Assembly (NCBI GenBank): GCA_964598645.1
Contig: CAZRCS010000002.1
Coordinates: 1-37,723 of the forward strand
Source of the DNA: an uncultured bacterium
GTDB taxonomy: Bacteria > Fermentibacterota > Fermentibacteria > Fermentibacterales > JCC-6
DNA: 37,723 nt
Direction: 5' to 3'
The position numbers and the translations under genes were made by a program. The notes under the pieces were generated by a model. That model was given only the letters and a program-made list of their open reading frames with translations, was not told the DNA's origin and made no database searches. Below are positions 18,425 through 27,839 of this stretch, one piece after another. Position 1 is the first letter of the stretch; every line of letters starts with the position of its first letter.

Positions 18425-18940
18425 TCAGGGGAAAGCGGTTATCCCCATGAAATTCGTTATCTTCCAGGCGTCATCCTCAAGGGTCATAACAGCCTGCTGG
18501 GGTATCTCTGCTCCATTTGCGGTACGGAATATCATCTGAACGGTTGCTGTTCTATCGTTGATCGCTATGGAGTCGATCTCAAGCTCGTAGGGCACATATC
18601 TGGCGCTGATCATTGGAAGAGAGAGGGTTTGGGCAAGATAACTCTCGGGCTCCCAATCTTCTGCGGCCTCCAGATCAATGGCGTAGCCTGCGTTGGTGAG
18701 TCTGCGCATTGTTCCCTGAGGATCGCGGTCAAGGCTCTGCTTGATGGTGTTAAGCATAACTTCAACCTGATCAACGGCCCCGGATGAAAACATAGTTGCA
18801 GCGGTTTCTCCGTCTCCGGTCTGCAGTGCCTGCATGAATTGCGCTATGCCCACCCTTACCAGTGAGTCGGCTACCGCATCTTCTGCCAGAGCTGCACCGC
18901 TAAGAATCAGCGTAATTAAGAGTACAGCAAGGTTCATCAT
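18425..18940 (-). CDS. secreted hypothetical protein (signal peptide; possibly NTF2-like fold)
   Basis: MMNLAVLLITLILSGAALA is a signal peptide, and I recognise no catalytic motifs. The start was chosen at the signal-peptide Met (18940) rather than at 18997. Confidence 0.5.
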   Translation of the reverse strand: MMNLAVLLITLILSGAALAEDAVADSLVRVGIAQFMQALQTGDGETAATMFSSGAVDQVEVMLNTIKQSLDRDPQGTMRRLTNAGYAIDLEAAEDWEPESYLAQTLSLPMISARYVPYELEIDSIAINDRTATVQMIFRTANGAEIPQQAVMTLEDDAWKITNFMGITAFP

Positions 18941-19012
18941 AAATCCCCTCTCGAAACAAGCTGTCCACAGGCATAATAGAAAAAGCCTGAGCAACACGCA
19001 AGGGGCAACCTT

Positions 19013-20230
19013 TTACAGATTTTCTCCCCAAACAATAAGAGTCGTTTTCAGACCTTCAAGTGCAATTGCCATTCCCTCAACTGCAATCCATTCCCTTTTT
19101 GAGTGAAAAAGCTCTCCTCCGGTGGGGAGATTGGCGGTGGGAACTCCCATGAAACTAAGCCTTGATCCGTCGGTTCCACCGCGTATTGCACTCTCATGGG
19201 AATCGATTCCGCACCGTGCGAAACTTTGCAGCGCATAGTCAACGAGTCTTCTGTCTTTCTTAAGTATTTCACCGGGATTGCTGTACTGTTCCTTCATCTC
19301 AAGCTCTATCCCAGCCCCGGGAAACAGTGCAGAAAGACAGTCTCTGATGGCCTCCATCCTTCTTCTTCGCTGAATCATGCCTTCATTCGTAAAGTCTCTG
19401 AGAATGCACTTTACCACTGCTGATTCCGTTGTTCCGTTCACCGCAAGCGGATAGTCGTACCCCTGCATCCCTCTGCTGTTTTCAGGCATCTCCTCTGATC
19501 GGATCAAACCTATCAGCTCCCCTGCAATTCTCACGGCGTTGACCATTACGTCTGCGGCGCTTCCCGGGTGCACCTCTTTCCCCGATATTTTCCAGTCAGC
19601 AGACCAGGCATTGAAGGTTTGAGACGATATCTCCGTGACCTCCCCTCCGTCTACCGTGTAGGCAAAATCAGCCCCGAATCTCTCTACGTCAAAGTTGTCT
19701 ACTCCCCTTCCAACCTCTTCATCGGGGGTAAAGGCAATAGAAACTGGTGGTCTGGGAACATCCGGATTATCAATAAGCCAGCTGCATGTCTCCATGATGA
19801 TGGCAACGCCAGCCTTGTCGTCAGCACCAAGCAGGGTAGTACCGTCGGAAGTGATGATCGTTCCTCCAATGTATCTGTTCATGTCATGACACTGGGAGGG
19901 ATCAATAACAAGACCGTTCTGCAGGGAAATCGGTTTACCATTCCAGTTCCTGTGAAACGTTGGTTTGACGTTCTCTCCGGGAGAATCCGGAGATGTATCC
20001 ACATGGGCTATAAGGCCAATTGTTTCATGACCGCTTCCACCGGGAACCTTCGCATAAAGAACACCATGGTCTGACAGATAAACATCATCCATGCCCATCT
20101 CGAGGAGCTCATTCTCCAGAACCCGGAGAAGGTCGAACTGTCTGACAGAAGATGGTGAACCCTTTCCATCGGGATCGGAGGAAGTATATATGCCGGCGTA
20201 CCTTGCAAACCTTTCAGCAAGAGAATTCAT
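19013..20230 (-). CDS. pepT: peptidase T (tripeptide aminopeptidase, M20B)
   Basis: RFARYAGIYTSSD, GLIAHVDTSPD, GADDKAG and FTPDEEVG motifs are present. The ATG at 20230 gives a 405-aa product, the usual PepT size. Confidence 0.9.
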   Translation of the reverse strand: MNSLAERFARYAGIYTSSDPDGKGSPSSVRQFDLLRVLENELLEMGMDDVYLSDHGVLYAKVPGGSGHETIGLIAHVDTSPDSPGENVKPTFHRNWNGKPISLQNGLVIDPSQCHDMNRYIGGTIITSDGTTLLGADDKAGVAIIMETCSWLIDNPDVPRPPVSIAFTPDEEVGRGVDNFDVERFGADFAYTVDGGEVTEISSQTFNAWSADWKISGKEVHPGSAADVMVNAVRIAGELIGLIRSEEMPENSRGMQGYDYPLAVNGTTESAVVKCILRDFTNEGMIQRRRRMEAIRDCLSALFPGAGIELEMKEQYSNPGEILKKDRRLVDYALQSFARCGIDSHESAIRGGTDGSRLSFMGVPTANLPTGGELFHSKREWIAVEGMAIALEGLKTTLIVWGENL

Positions 20231-20330
20231 ATTACTCCTTTCAAAGGATATTACCGGGATAGTATAATTGCCGGGAGAGAATCGAACCACGAAACAGAAA
20301 GCAGAAGAATTGAACCGTTTCCTCTCTGAA

Positions 20331-21032
20331 ATGGACATTGCCAGATTCCTGGGAGAGAGCCTTCCCGGTGTGCGCAAAGCTCTTCTTGGGAGCAAGCTGA
20401 GGGCAATTCAAAAACAGGGCTGTATGGTCTATGCCAGGGATGATGTGCTGAACTGGATCTCGGAAAGTTTCAGTTCTCTCACCACGGAAACTCTGATGAA
20501 AGCCGACATTGCTTCAGCAGATCACGGCGGACTCGATCCATTCAGCTGTGGGATCACTCAGCTTCTGCAAGGCGGAAGGATTTACTTTCCCGAACACATA
20601 TCCACGAAACCATCCGTCTTAAGATCCCTTTCTGCCAAGGCAGTGGAACTTGGTGCCGCTTATGACCAGTCGGAACTCCTCGACCAGATGGAAAAAAGAG
20701 AACAGGTCCTTTCCACCGCTCTTAGATGCGGAGCGGCCCTGGTTCATCCCCTGGAGATAGCCAGGATGTACGTGGAGCACGAACTGCTTTTAATGATGAT
20801 ACCGCCGCACCCGGTGCCATTCGGAGAATCCTCAGGCAGACTTACTTCAATTTTCTTTCTGCTGCTGTTTCCGGATCCACACAGACACGTTCATGTTCTT
20901 GCAAGAATAAACAGAATTCTGAGAGACAGTGTATTCATAGAAACCCTCCTTGAATCAATGACGGAGGAAGAGGTTACAAATGCCTTGAGACACAGGGAAC
21001 TTCAGGTTATCAGTTCCAGTGTCAAAGGCTGA
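20331..21032 (+). CDS. HTH (excisionase/MerR-like) domain fused to a PTS EIIA type-2 (PtsN-like) domain
   Basis: The N-terminal segment DIARFLG..VRKALLGSKLRAIQKQG..VYARDDVLNWI looks like an HTH. The C-terminal region has GAALVHP (phosphorylatable His context) and IFFLLLFPD...HVHVLARI. The start could instead be TTG at 20268. Confidence 0.65.
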   Translation: MDIARFLGESLPGVRKALLGSKLRAIQKQGCMVYARDDVLNWISESFSSLTTETLMKADIASADHGGLDPFSCGITQLLQGGRIYFPEHISTKPSVLRSLSAKAVELGAAYDQSELLDQMEKREQVLSTALRCGAALVHPLEIARMYVEHELLLMMIPPHPVPFGESSGRLTSIFFLLLFPDPHRHVHVLARINRILRDSVFIETLLESMTEEEVTNALRHRELQVISSSVKG

Positions 21033-21043
21033 ATGGAGGAACA

Positions 21044-21967
21044 GTGAGTTCATTTAAGGGAAGAGACATGATCTCTCTCAGGGACATGACCATTGACGAT
21101 CTGTGGACTATCGTTAGAAGGTCTTCCGAGGTGAAGCAGGGCAGCCATGAAATGTGCCTGAGGGGTAAAACCGTTGCTTCGCTCTTCTTCGAACCTTCAA
21201 CCAGAACCAGACTCTCCTTCGAATCCGCAATTCTCAAAAGCGGCGGCCAGGTATTCGGTTTTGCCGATCCCGGAGCGTCCTCGCAGAAAAAGGGAGAATC
21301 CTTCTCCGATTCTGTGAGAACGGTAACCGGCTACTGTGATGCAATGGTTATCAGGCATCCGGTAGAAGGGGCGGCAAGACTTGCAAGCGAGACAGCCACC
21401 GTACCGGTGATCAACGCAGGTGACGGTGCGAATCAGCACCCGACCCAGACTTTTCTCGATCTCTTCACGATCCATGAAGAATTCAACAGACTCGAAGGAC
21501 TGAAAATCGGCATAATGGGAGACCTTAAATATGGCAGGACAGTACATTCACTTACCCACGCCATGTCAATGTTCGATGCCGAAATGGTCTTTATATCACC
21601 TCCCTCTCTGAAAATGCCACCGGCAATCCTGCGGGAGCTGGACGAAAAGGGAATCTCCTACACAACCGCGGAGTCCCCGGACGATGCCGGAGACATGAAA
21701 CTGGACGTTCTGTACGTAACCAGGATCCAGAAGGAGAGATTCGGTGATCCCCAGGAATACAAGAACGTGGCACACAGTTACAGAATAGACAGAAACACCA
21801 TAAAGAACCTGGGCGAACAGGTAAGGGTTATGCATCCACTACCCAGGGTCGATGAAATAGCCGAGGAAGTTGATTCAACACCCAATGCTATCTACTTCAG
21901 ACAGGCCCACAACGGAGTCCCCACAAGACAGGCTCTTCTAGGTCTGGTTACGGGAGGTATCGAGTAA
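21044..21967 (+). CDS. pyrB: aspartate carbamoyltransferase catalytic subunit
   Basis: FFEPSTRTRLSFE, HPTQ and HPLPRVDE motifs are present. Confidence 0.95.
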   Translation: MSSFKGRDMISLRDMTIDDLWTIVRRSSEVKQGSHEMCLRGKTVASLFFEPSTRTRLSFESAILKSGGQVFGFADPGASSQKKGESFSDSVRTVTGYCDAMVIRHPVEGAARLASETATVPVINAGDGANQHPTQTFLDLFTIHEEFNRLEGLKIGIMGDLKYGRTVHSLTHAMSMFDAEMVFISPPSLKMPPAILRELDEKGISYTTAESPDDAGDMKLDVLYVTRIQKERFGDPQEYKNVAHSYRIDRNTIKNLGEQVRVMHPLPRVDEIAEEVDSTPNAIYFRQAHNGVPTRQALLGLVTGGIE

Positions 21968-22428
21968 TGGACAGGGCATACAAGGTATACGCCATTGAAA
22001 ACGGTACCGTAATCGACCACATTCCGACTCCAATGGCACTGAAAGTGGTGGAGATACTGGGAATTGGCAACGAGGGGATCTTTACCATAGGGGTGGGTTT
22101 CCTGTCTAAAAGACACCCCAGAGGAAAAGACATCGTAAAGATTGAAAACAGAATTCTCCTTGAGAGTGAAACAGACACCATCTCCCTTATAGCCCCGGAT
22201 GCAACCATTAACATTATCCGGAACGGGAAGGTAAGCGAAAAGAGAAGAATCTCCATACCTTCCATCATACACGGCGTGATGGAATGCCCTAATCCGAACT
22301 GCGCCACCAACAAGCTTGGAGCAGCAAGGCACTTCACCCTCGAGAACAGAGATCAGATGACATACAGGTGCTCCTACTGCGAAAGGGTTGCTGCGGTCAA
22401 ACCTGAGAACCTCACAGCACCTGTCTGA
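21967..22428 (+). CDS. pyrI: aspartate carbamoyltransferase regulatory subunit
   Basis: VYAIENGTVIDHIP is followed by the C-terminal Zn site CPNPNC...CSYC. The start overlaps the pyrB stop (TAATG). Confidence 0.93.
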   Translation: MDRAYKVYAIENGTVIDHIPTPMALKVVEILGIGNEGIFTIGVGFLSKRHPRGKDIVKIENRILLESETDTISLIAPDATINIIRNGKVSEKRRISIPSIIHGVMECPNPNCATNKLGAARHFTLENRDQMTYRCSYCERVAAVKPENLTAPV

Positions 22429-22451
22429 CTCCCGGCTCTTTGAAACAAAAC

Positions 22452-22476
22452 GGGCCCCGGGAAAACCCCGGGGCCC
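22452..22476. terminator. bidirectional intrinsic terminator between convergent pyrI and the FG-GAP gene
   Basis: A perfect 10-bp GC stem (GGGCCCCGGG, loop aaaac, CCCGGGGCCC) is flanked by an A-rich run on the left, which reads as a T-run for the minus-strand transcript. Confidence 0.7.
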
Positions 22477-22494
22477 ATTCCTTATTCATAGAAG

Positions 22495-24321
22495 TCAGGG
22501 AGTTACAACTACCCTCTGGGCAGCCATGCTGTCTTCGGTCTGCATGACGATTGAATAGGTTCCAGCTGGAAGAGCAGGGATCATGGCGGAGTAAACACCC
22601 GAAGCCATCTCACCGTCTGCGATCGAGTGAACTGTTCTTCCCATTCCGTCGTAAACTGCTATACTGACCCTTTCCGGCTGGTCAACTGTGTATCCAATGG
22701 AAAACGCGCCGGAAACAGGGTTCCCCGAGATAAGCCAGACCTTTCTGCCATCAACGGGTGCTGATCCTTCATCCTCAATGCTCACAGGATTCCAGAGCAC
22801 TGTAATGTCCTTCAGAGATGGTGTTGTGTTGGGATTGGAGGTGGCCAGACGAACCTGATACTGAAGGAAGCTGCCGCCCTGGGCTACAACTGTGGAAAGA
22901 TCTCCCGAAGACGTTATCCAGGAACTCCATGAACCCATGCTGCCGGAGTTGTATGATGTCTTGAGCCTGAACGTCACGCTTGTTCCATCAGGAGTTGTAC
23001 TGGCCCAGTAGATGTAGTCCCACTCAACCTTCGTCGGATCTTCCGGTTCGATGTTCAAAATGGAACTGGTAAGAAGACTGGGAGTGGTGAAGCCGCTAAC
23101 CCTCCACCAGCTGACCTTGTCTCCATTGTAGGCACATCCAAGAACGTCCGGTACACCATCGCCGTCCATGTCACCTACAGAAACCCCGAGGGCACCGGAG
23201 AAAAACGAAGAAACCGGGAATGTTTCCCAGGCCTCCCCCATGTACTCTCTGTTCTTGCACCATAGTATTCTGTTCTCGTTGTATGCTGCCAGAGTGAGGT
23301 CGGGATAGCCGTCACCGTCCATATCGTGGGCCGTTATATCGTAGACTCCTGCTGCCGATGCCCCGTTCATCTGGTGAGTGGTCCAGGAACTCTGCGTATC
23401 CAGGTAATCATACCATCTGATGTTTCCGGTGCCTGAAGAAGAGGCAACTGCAAAATCGTCATTACCGTCATTATTGAAGTCGGCTGCGTTAACTGACACC
23501 GGATTGTTGTAATTCGCGTCGATGGTGTACTTAGACCAGGAGTAGCCGTAGGGTGACCGGGAAATGTAAGCACAAATATCGTCGGCACTATTACTGGCTG
23601 CGGCAATGTCAGGATGGCCGTCTCCGTTGAAGTCGCCCACATCGCATGTATATGCCCCGATGAGAGCACCATCAATGTAGTTGATGTTCCATGAAGAGCT
23701 GCCGCCGTTGTTCCTCCACCAGCACACATCTCCTGAATAGCTTGAAACTCCCACCAAGTCCATTAAACCGTCTTGATCTATATCCGCTGCCCTTATCTGT
23801 CTGGCGTCGAATCCCGATGCAATAGTAGTACTCAAGCCCCAACCGCTGGGAGAACAAAGGAAAAGGACGATCTTGTCTTCATTGTCGCTGGATGCTACGA
23901 TGTCCTTGTAACCATTTTCGTCGAAGTCACCTACTGCAATGTATCTTGGAGTGCTGACTGAACCGATCACATGCTTGCTCCAGGCGGTTCCCTGACCATT
24001 GGTGTTCTCCACCCAGAAGATCTCACCGGAAACGTATGCACAACCTGCAGCATCCATGTCTCCGTCAGCATCTATATCCACAGCAATGACGTAGTATGGA
24101 CCGTTGGCGGTAGCTATGGGATTTTCGTCTCTGTCCACTATCAGTTTCAATTGTCCGGGTTCGGTATCCCAATCCATTGCACCTGAAATGTCAAACCTGT
24201 CCTGCCAGTCAGTCACCGGTCCTGTAACACCAGGCCCACCCTGCCAGTCTGTTTGTGTTTCACTAGCCGCCAGCATTGATCCGGCGAAAACAATCAACGC
24301 TATTAATAGCATTAACTTCAT
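22495..24321 (-). CDS. secreted FG-GAP/VCBS-repeat (beta-propeller) protein with T9SS-type C-terminal sorting domain
   Basis: Signal peptide MKLMLLIALIVFAGSMLAA is followed by at least 7 Ca-binding-like repeats (DIDADGDMD, DFDENGYKD, DIDQDGLMD, DFNGDGHPD, DFNNDGNDD, DMDGDGYPD, DMDGDGVPD). The C-terminal roughly 80 aa resemble a Por secretion tail. Confidence 0.85.
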   Translation of the reverse strand: MKLMLLIALIVFAGSMLAASETQTDWQGGPGVTGPVTDWQDRFDISGAMDWDTEPGQLKLIVDRDENPIATANGPYYVIAVDIDADGDMDAAGCAYVSGEIFWVENTNGQGTAWSKHVIGSVSTPRYIAVGDFDENGYKDIVASSDNEDKIVLFLCSPSGWGLSTTIASGFDARQIRAADIDQDGLMDLVGVSSYSGDVCWWRNNGGSSSWNINYIDGALIGAYTCDVGDFNGDGHPDIAAASNSADDICAYISRSPYGYSWSKYTIDANYNNPVSVNAADFNNDGNDDFAVASSSGTGNIRWYDYLDTQSSWTTHQMNGASAAGVYDITAHDMDGDGYPDLTLAAYNENRILWCKNREYMGEAWETFPVSSFFSGALGVSVGDMDGDGVPDVLGCAYNGDKVSWWRVSGFTTPSLLTSSILNIEPEDPTKVEWDYIYWASTTPDGTSVTFRLKTSYNSGSMGSWSSWITSSGDLSTVVAQGGSFLQYQVRLATSNPNTTPSLKDITVLWNPVSIEDEGSAPVDGRKVWLISGNPVSGAFSIGYTVDQPERVSIAVYDGMGRTVHSIADGEMASGVYSAMIPALPAGTYSIVMQTEDSMAAQRVVVTP

Positions 24322-24391
24322 TAAAATCCCCCTTTGTATTTGAAGTACATATATAAATACAGAGTGAGTATCTTTTGCTCTTTGCGGAACG

Positions 24392-24946
24392 TCAATACCC
24401 ATTCTGGGGATAGAGTTCTCCCGGTGACTTGATCTTCAGATAGCGGTCCCGCTCGCTGAAAACACATCCGCAGTAAGGTTGTCTGTATAACCCTGCTTCT
24501 CTGGAAAGTACAATGGATCTTTTATAAAGATCCCGGAAGTCGAAGTGGAGATACTCGACTCCAAAGTTTTCTGCGGCTTCCATAGCAGCTCTTTTGATGA
24601 GTTCCTGGTTCTGATAAGGGCTTACTGTCAATGTTGTCGTAAAACAATCAAAACCACTTCCAGCGGCCTCCGAAGCTGTCATCTTCATTCTGTCCAAAAA
24701 ACAGGAAAGACATCTGTTCTCTGCTTCAAGAAGCAACCTTACGTTATCCTCCAGAGGGTATTCTCTGAAAAAATCCACTGGGAGATTACATTCAGAAGCC
24801 CATGTTTCAAGGGTATTCAGCCTCCTCTGGAACTCCTTCCACGGATGAATTGAAGGATTATAGAAAAAACCTTGAACATCGAAATCATCTTCCCTGAGTT
24901 TTTCCACAACCGCAGTGGCGCATGGCGCGCAGCATATGTGCAACAT
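24392..24946 (-). CDS. queH: epoxyqueuosine reductase QueH (DUF208)
   Basis: MLHICCAPC is at the N-terminus, with a C-terminal PYCGCVFS motif. A TTG at 24961 is an alternative start. Confidence 0.88.
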   Translation of the reverse strand: MLHICCAPCATAVVEKLREDDFDVQGFFYNPSIHPWKEFQRRLNTLETWASECNLPVDFFREYPLEDNVRLLLEAENRCLSCFLDRMKMTASEAAGSGFDCFTTTLTVSPYQNQELIKRAAMEAAENFGVEYLHFDFRDLYKRSIVLSREAGLYRQPYCGCVFSERDRYLKIKSPGELYPQNGY

Positions 24947-24957
24947 TATACGCTTGC

Positions 24958-25977
24958 TCAAAGGGGAAGTACCTCCTGCCCTGCTTTCGTGTATCCCAAA
25001 TGACGATAAGCAAGACCAGTTGCTACCCTTCCCCTGCTGGTTCTGTTCAGAAAACCCGTGGCAAGAAGGAACGGTTCAACCACGTCGATAAGTGTATCTC
25101 TCTCCTCGTTAAGAGTAGCGGCAATTGCAGACACACCAACCGGCCCACCTCCGTAGTGTTTGATTATCACAGATAGGTAATCCCTGTCCAGGCGGTCAAG
25201 ACCCGCTTCGTCAACTCCGTTGATATCCATAGCTTCGATTGCGGTAGCTTCATCTATGGATTCTCTGCGCATTACCTGGGCGTAATCGCGAACCCTTTTC
25301 AGCAGCCTGTTGGCTATTCTGGGTGTTCCCCGGGAACGCATGGCCACGGAATTAGATCCGTCATCGGTTATTCCGGCTTCCAGTATCCCGGCAGACCTGC
25401 GAATTATCGTACAGAGCTCATTGGTATCGTAGAACTCGAGGTGCATGGAAAAACCAAATCTGTCTCTGAGGGGCCCGGTAATGAGTCCTGCTCTGGTGGT
25501 TGCACCGATAATGGTAAAATGACTCAACTCGAGCTTCACTGTTCTGGCATGGGGTCCCGGGTCAATTACCATGTCGATCTGAAAATCTTCCATGGCTGGA
25601 TATATGTATTCCTCCACTATCCTTGGAAGCCTGTGGATCTCGTCTATGAACAGCACATCCCCCCTGGAAAGGTTGGTGAGAATTCCAACCAGATCTGCAG
25701 GTCGTTCCAGGGCGGGACCTGACGTACACACAATTTCAGCATCCATTTCTGCTGCTATTACATGAGCCAGTGTTGTCTTTCCAAGACCCGGGGGACCATG
25801 AAAAAGCAAATGGTCAAGGGGTTCCCCCCTCTCCCGAGCCGCCTGAACGGCAATTTTCAGATTCTTGATCAGTCGCTTCTGACCTATGTATTCAGAAAAA
25901 TCCCTGGGGCGAAGCGAGGTAAACTCCCTCTCCTCTGCCGGATTTTCTCCTCCTCTTACAACAGATTCAAGAGACAT
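24958..25977 (-). CDS. ruvB: Holliday junction branch-migration DNA helicase RuvB
   Basis: SLRPRDFSEYIGQ, Walker A GPPGLGKTT, Walker B LFIDEIHR and sensor GATTRAG motifs are present. Confidence 0.97.
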   Translation of the reverse strand: MSLESVVRGGENPAEEREFTSLRPRDFSEYIGQKRLIKNLKIAVQAARERGEPLDHLLFHGPPGLGKTTLAHVIAAEMDAEIVCTSGPALERPADLVGILTNLSRGDVLFIDEIHRLPRIVEEYIYPAMEDFQIDMVIDPGPHARTVKLELSHFTIIGATTRAGLITGPLRDRFGFSMHLEFYDTNELCTIIRRSAGILEAGITDDGSNSVAMRSRGTPRIANRLLKRVRDYAQVMRRESIDEATAIEAMDINGVDEAGLDRLDRDYLSVIIKHYGGGPVGVSAIAATLNEERDTLIDVVEPFLLATGFLNRTSRGRVATGLAYRHLGYTKAGQEVLPL

Positions 25978-25978
25978 T

Positions 25979-26584
25979 TCACGTCCTCGCCTTCATTGCT
26001 GCGCGTACGATTTCAGAAGGAGAGGCATCCGTGCCCGTTTCTTCCACAGCCTGATTTACCAGCAGAGACGCTTCAGAAGCAGGAATTCCCAGTTGTTCCA
26101 GTATGGCCCTTGCGTCGGCTGCACTGCCCGGTTGAGCAGAGGCTCCAGTGCTGTACTCCAGTTTGCTGAATGAATCCTGGAGTTTGGCAATGATCTGTTT
26201 GGCCCTGGAAGTTCCTATACCCGGCAGTGACTTCAGTACCGGGATGTCACCTGCAGCAATTGCCCCGGCAAGCTCTGCAGGGGGGATTGTCATTGCCTTT
26301 GCAGCAGCTCTTATACCTATACCTGAGACACTGATGAACCTTTGGAAAAACTCTCTGTCTTCAGCTGTTGGGAAAGCAACCGCCAATGGAACACCCCGGT
26401 TCCCCTCGTTAAGGATCTGAAACAACAGATAGAACCTGCGCAGTTCACCGGGAGCCACGCTCCTGGTGAAATAACCCGGGGTCAGAAGGCTGAGGGTAAC
26501 AGGACCAGTTTCAAGGAAAATCTGTAACCCGTCTATTCCCTTCACTAGTCCTTTAACACTCTCAAACACGTTTTTCCTCCTCAT
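25979..26584 (-). CDS. ruvA: Holliday junction DNA-binding protein RuvA
   Basis: HhH motifs VSGIGIRAAAKAM and LPGIGTSRAKQII are present. The start is uncertain (ATG 26584, GTG 26569 or TTG 26611), and every option overlaps the ruvC 3' end. Confidence 0.88.
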   Translation of the reverse strand: MRRKNVFESVKGLVKGIDGLQIFLETGPVTLSLLTPGYFTRSVAPGELRRFYLLFQILNEGNRGVPLAVAFPTAEDREFFQRFISVSGIGIRAAAKAMTIPPAELAGAIAAGDIPVLKSLPGIGTSRAKQIIAKLQDSFSKLEYSTGASAQPGSAADARAILEQLGIPASEASLLVNQAVEETGTDASPSEIVRAAMKART

Positions 26585-27050
26585 AGAGGGCCAGAGCCAC
26601 GGCAAGAGCATCGCTTACATCAACCGGTTTAAGCTCCTCTTTAATTCCAAATATTCTGCGAACCATTCCATTGACCTGTATCTTGCTCGCCCTTCCGTTG
26701 CCGGTTACTGCTTTTTTTACCCTGCTTGCAGGCAGGGATTCCACACGAATGCCCTTCAAACCTGCGGCAAGACACAAAACTCCCCTGGCGTGCCCCATGA
26801 TGATTGCCGTGGCAGGGTGCCTGTAATGGGAGTAAATTTTTTCAAGCCCCATCACCTCGGGGTGGTAGCTTTCTATGACCCTGGCAATACCTTCATACAA
26901 CTCGACAAGCCTGGGAGTAAGAGGATCGGAAGATATTGTCCTGATGGTTCCGGCATCTATCAGCCTGACCTTCCCTCCGGAGGCTGCGATGATTCCATAA
27001 CCGGTAATGTTCAGCCCGGGGTCAACACCAAGTATTATCTTTTCAGGCAA
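26562..27050 (-). CDS. ruvC: crossover junction endodeoxyribonuclease RuvC
   Basis: ILGVDPGLNITGYGII (catalytic Asp) and the C-terminal DALAVAL motif are present. The TTG start directly abuts the yebC stop. Confidence 0.92.
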   Translation of the reverse strand: MPEKIILGVDPGLNITGYGIIAASGGKVRLIDAGTIRTISSDPLTPRLVELYEGIARVIESYHPEVMGLEKIYSHYRHPATAIIMGHARGVLCLAAGLKGIRVESLPASRVKKAVTGNGRASKIQVNGMVRRIFGIKEELKPVDVSDALAVALALYEEEKRV

Positions 27051-27776
27051 CTACTCCGCCATGTCGAAGTTCGAATAAAGAGCCTGAACATCATCGTGCT
27101 CCTCCAGCGATTCAAGAAGTTTCATTGCCTTCTCGGCATCTTTACCCTGAAGAACCACCGTATTTGAGGGAACCTTTGTAACTTCTGCGGAATCCACTTT
27201 GATCCCTGCGTTCTCAAGGGTCTTCTTTACATCGAAAACGTCATCGGGAGCTGATGTAGCAATGATCATATCGTCCTGAACCTGAACATCTTCAAGACCG
27301 GCTTCAAGACCGGCTTCAAGAACCTCATCTTCAGAATGAGAAGCTGCGTCTATGGTTATCTGCCCTTCTCTGCTGAAGAGATAGGCGACACTGTTCTTAG
27401 ATCCCAGACTACCCCCTCCCTTCGTTAGAAGATGCCTTATCTCTGCGGCGGACCGATTCTTGTTATCGGTGAGAACCTCGATGATTATCGCAACACCTCC
27501 GGGACCGTAGGCTTCGTAGACCATCTCTTCGTAGGTTATTCCCTCAAGTTCACCGGTTCCCCTCTTGATCGCTCTTTCGATGTTGTCATTGGGCATGTTC
27601 TGACTTCTGGCGGTGTCTACGGCGACCCTTAGCCTGGGGTTCATCTCGGGATCACCACCGCCCTGTCTCGCCGCCACTGATATCTCCTTGACAAGTCGTG
27701 AGAATATCCTTCCCCTGGCGGCGTCAGCCTTGCCCTTCTTGTGTTTTATTGTACTCCATTTATTGTGTCCGGACAT
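27051..27776 (-). CDS. yebC: YebC/PmpR family DNA-binding transcriptional regulator
   Basis: The MSGHNKWSTIKHKKG N-terminus is diagnostic for the family. AAGGAGA precedes the ATG. Confidence 0.95.
   Translation of the reverse strand: MSGHNKWSTIKHKKGKADAARGRIFSRLVKEISVAARQGGGDPEMNPRLRVAVDTARSQNMPNDNIERAIKRGTGELEGITYEEMVYEAYGPGGVAIIIEVLTDNKNRSAAEIRHLLTKGGGSLGSKNSVAYLFSREGQITIDAASHSEDEVLEAGLEAGLEDVQVQDDMIIATSAPDDVFDVKKTLENAGIKVDSAEVTKVPSNTVVLQGKDAEKAMKLLESLEEHDDVQALYSNFDMAE
27290..27322. repeat. in-frame 12-nt tandem repeat (cttcaagaccgg x2 plus a 9-nt partial copy) inside yebC
   Basis: Read directly from the sequence. On the minus strand it encodes LEAGLEAGLED. Confidence 0.85.
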
Positions 27777-27839
27777 AGGTGTTCTCCTTTTTTATGAGTT
27801 CAAACAACTTGATTAGTTTAGAATGTATTACAGCCAAGG

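Noticed and set aside
20265-20330. tRNA-like T-loop complement (gaatcgaacc at 20279-20288)
   Set aside because: The flanking bases do not form a T-stem (GAGAG versus CCACG), and no acceptor or anticodon arms can be drawn. It is a chance match.
20231-20395. N-terminal extensions of pepT (to 20395), the FG-GAP gene (to 24402), fumarate hydratase alpha (to 9255) and Zn-ribbon B (to 29773)
   Set aside because: In each case the internal ATG coincides with the conserved N-terminus, signal peptide or Zn-ribbon, and it removes a long overlap with the upstream gene.
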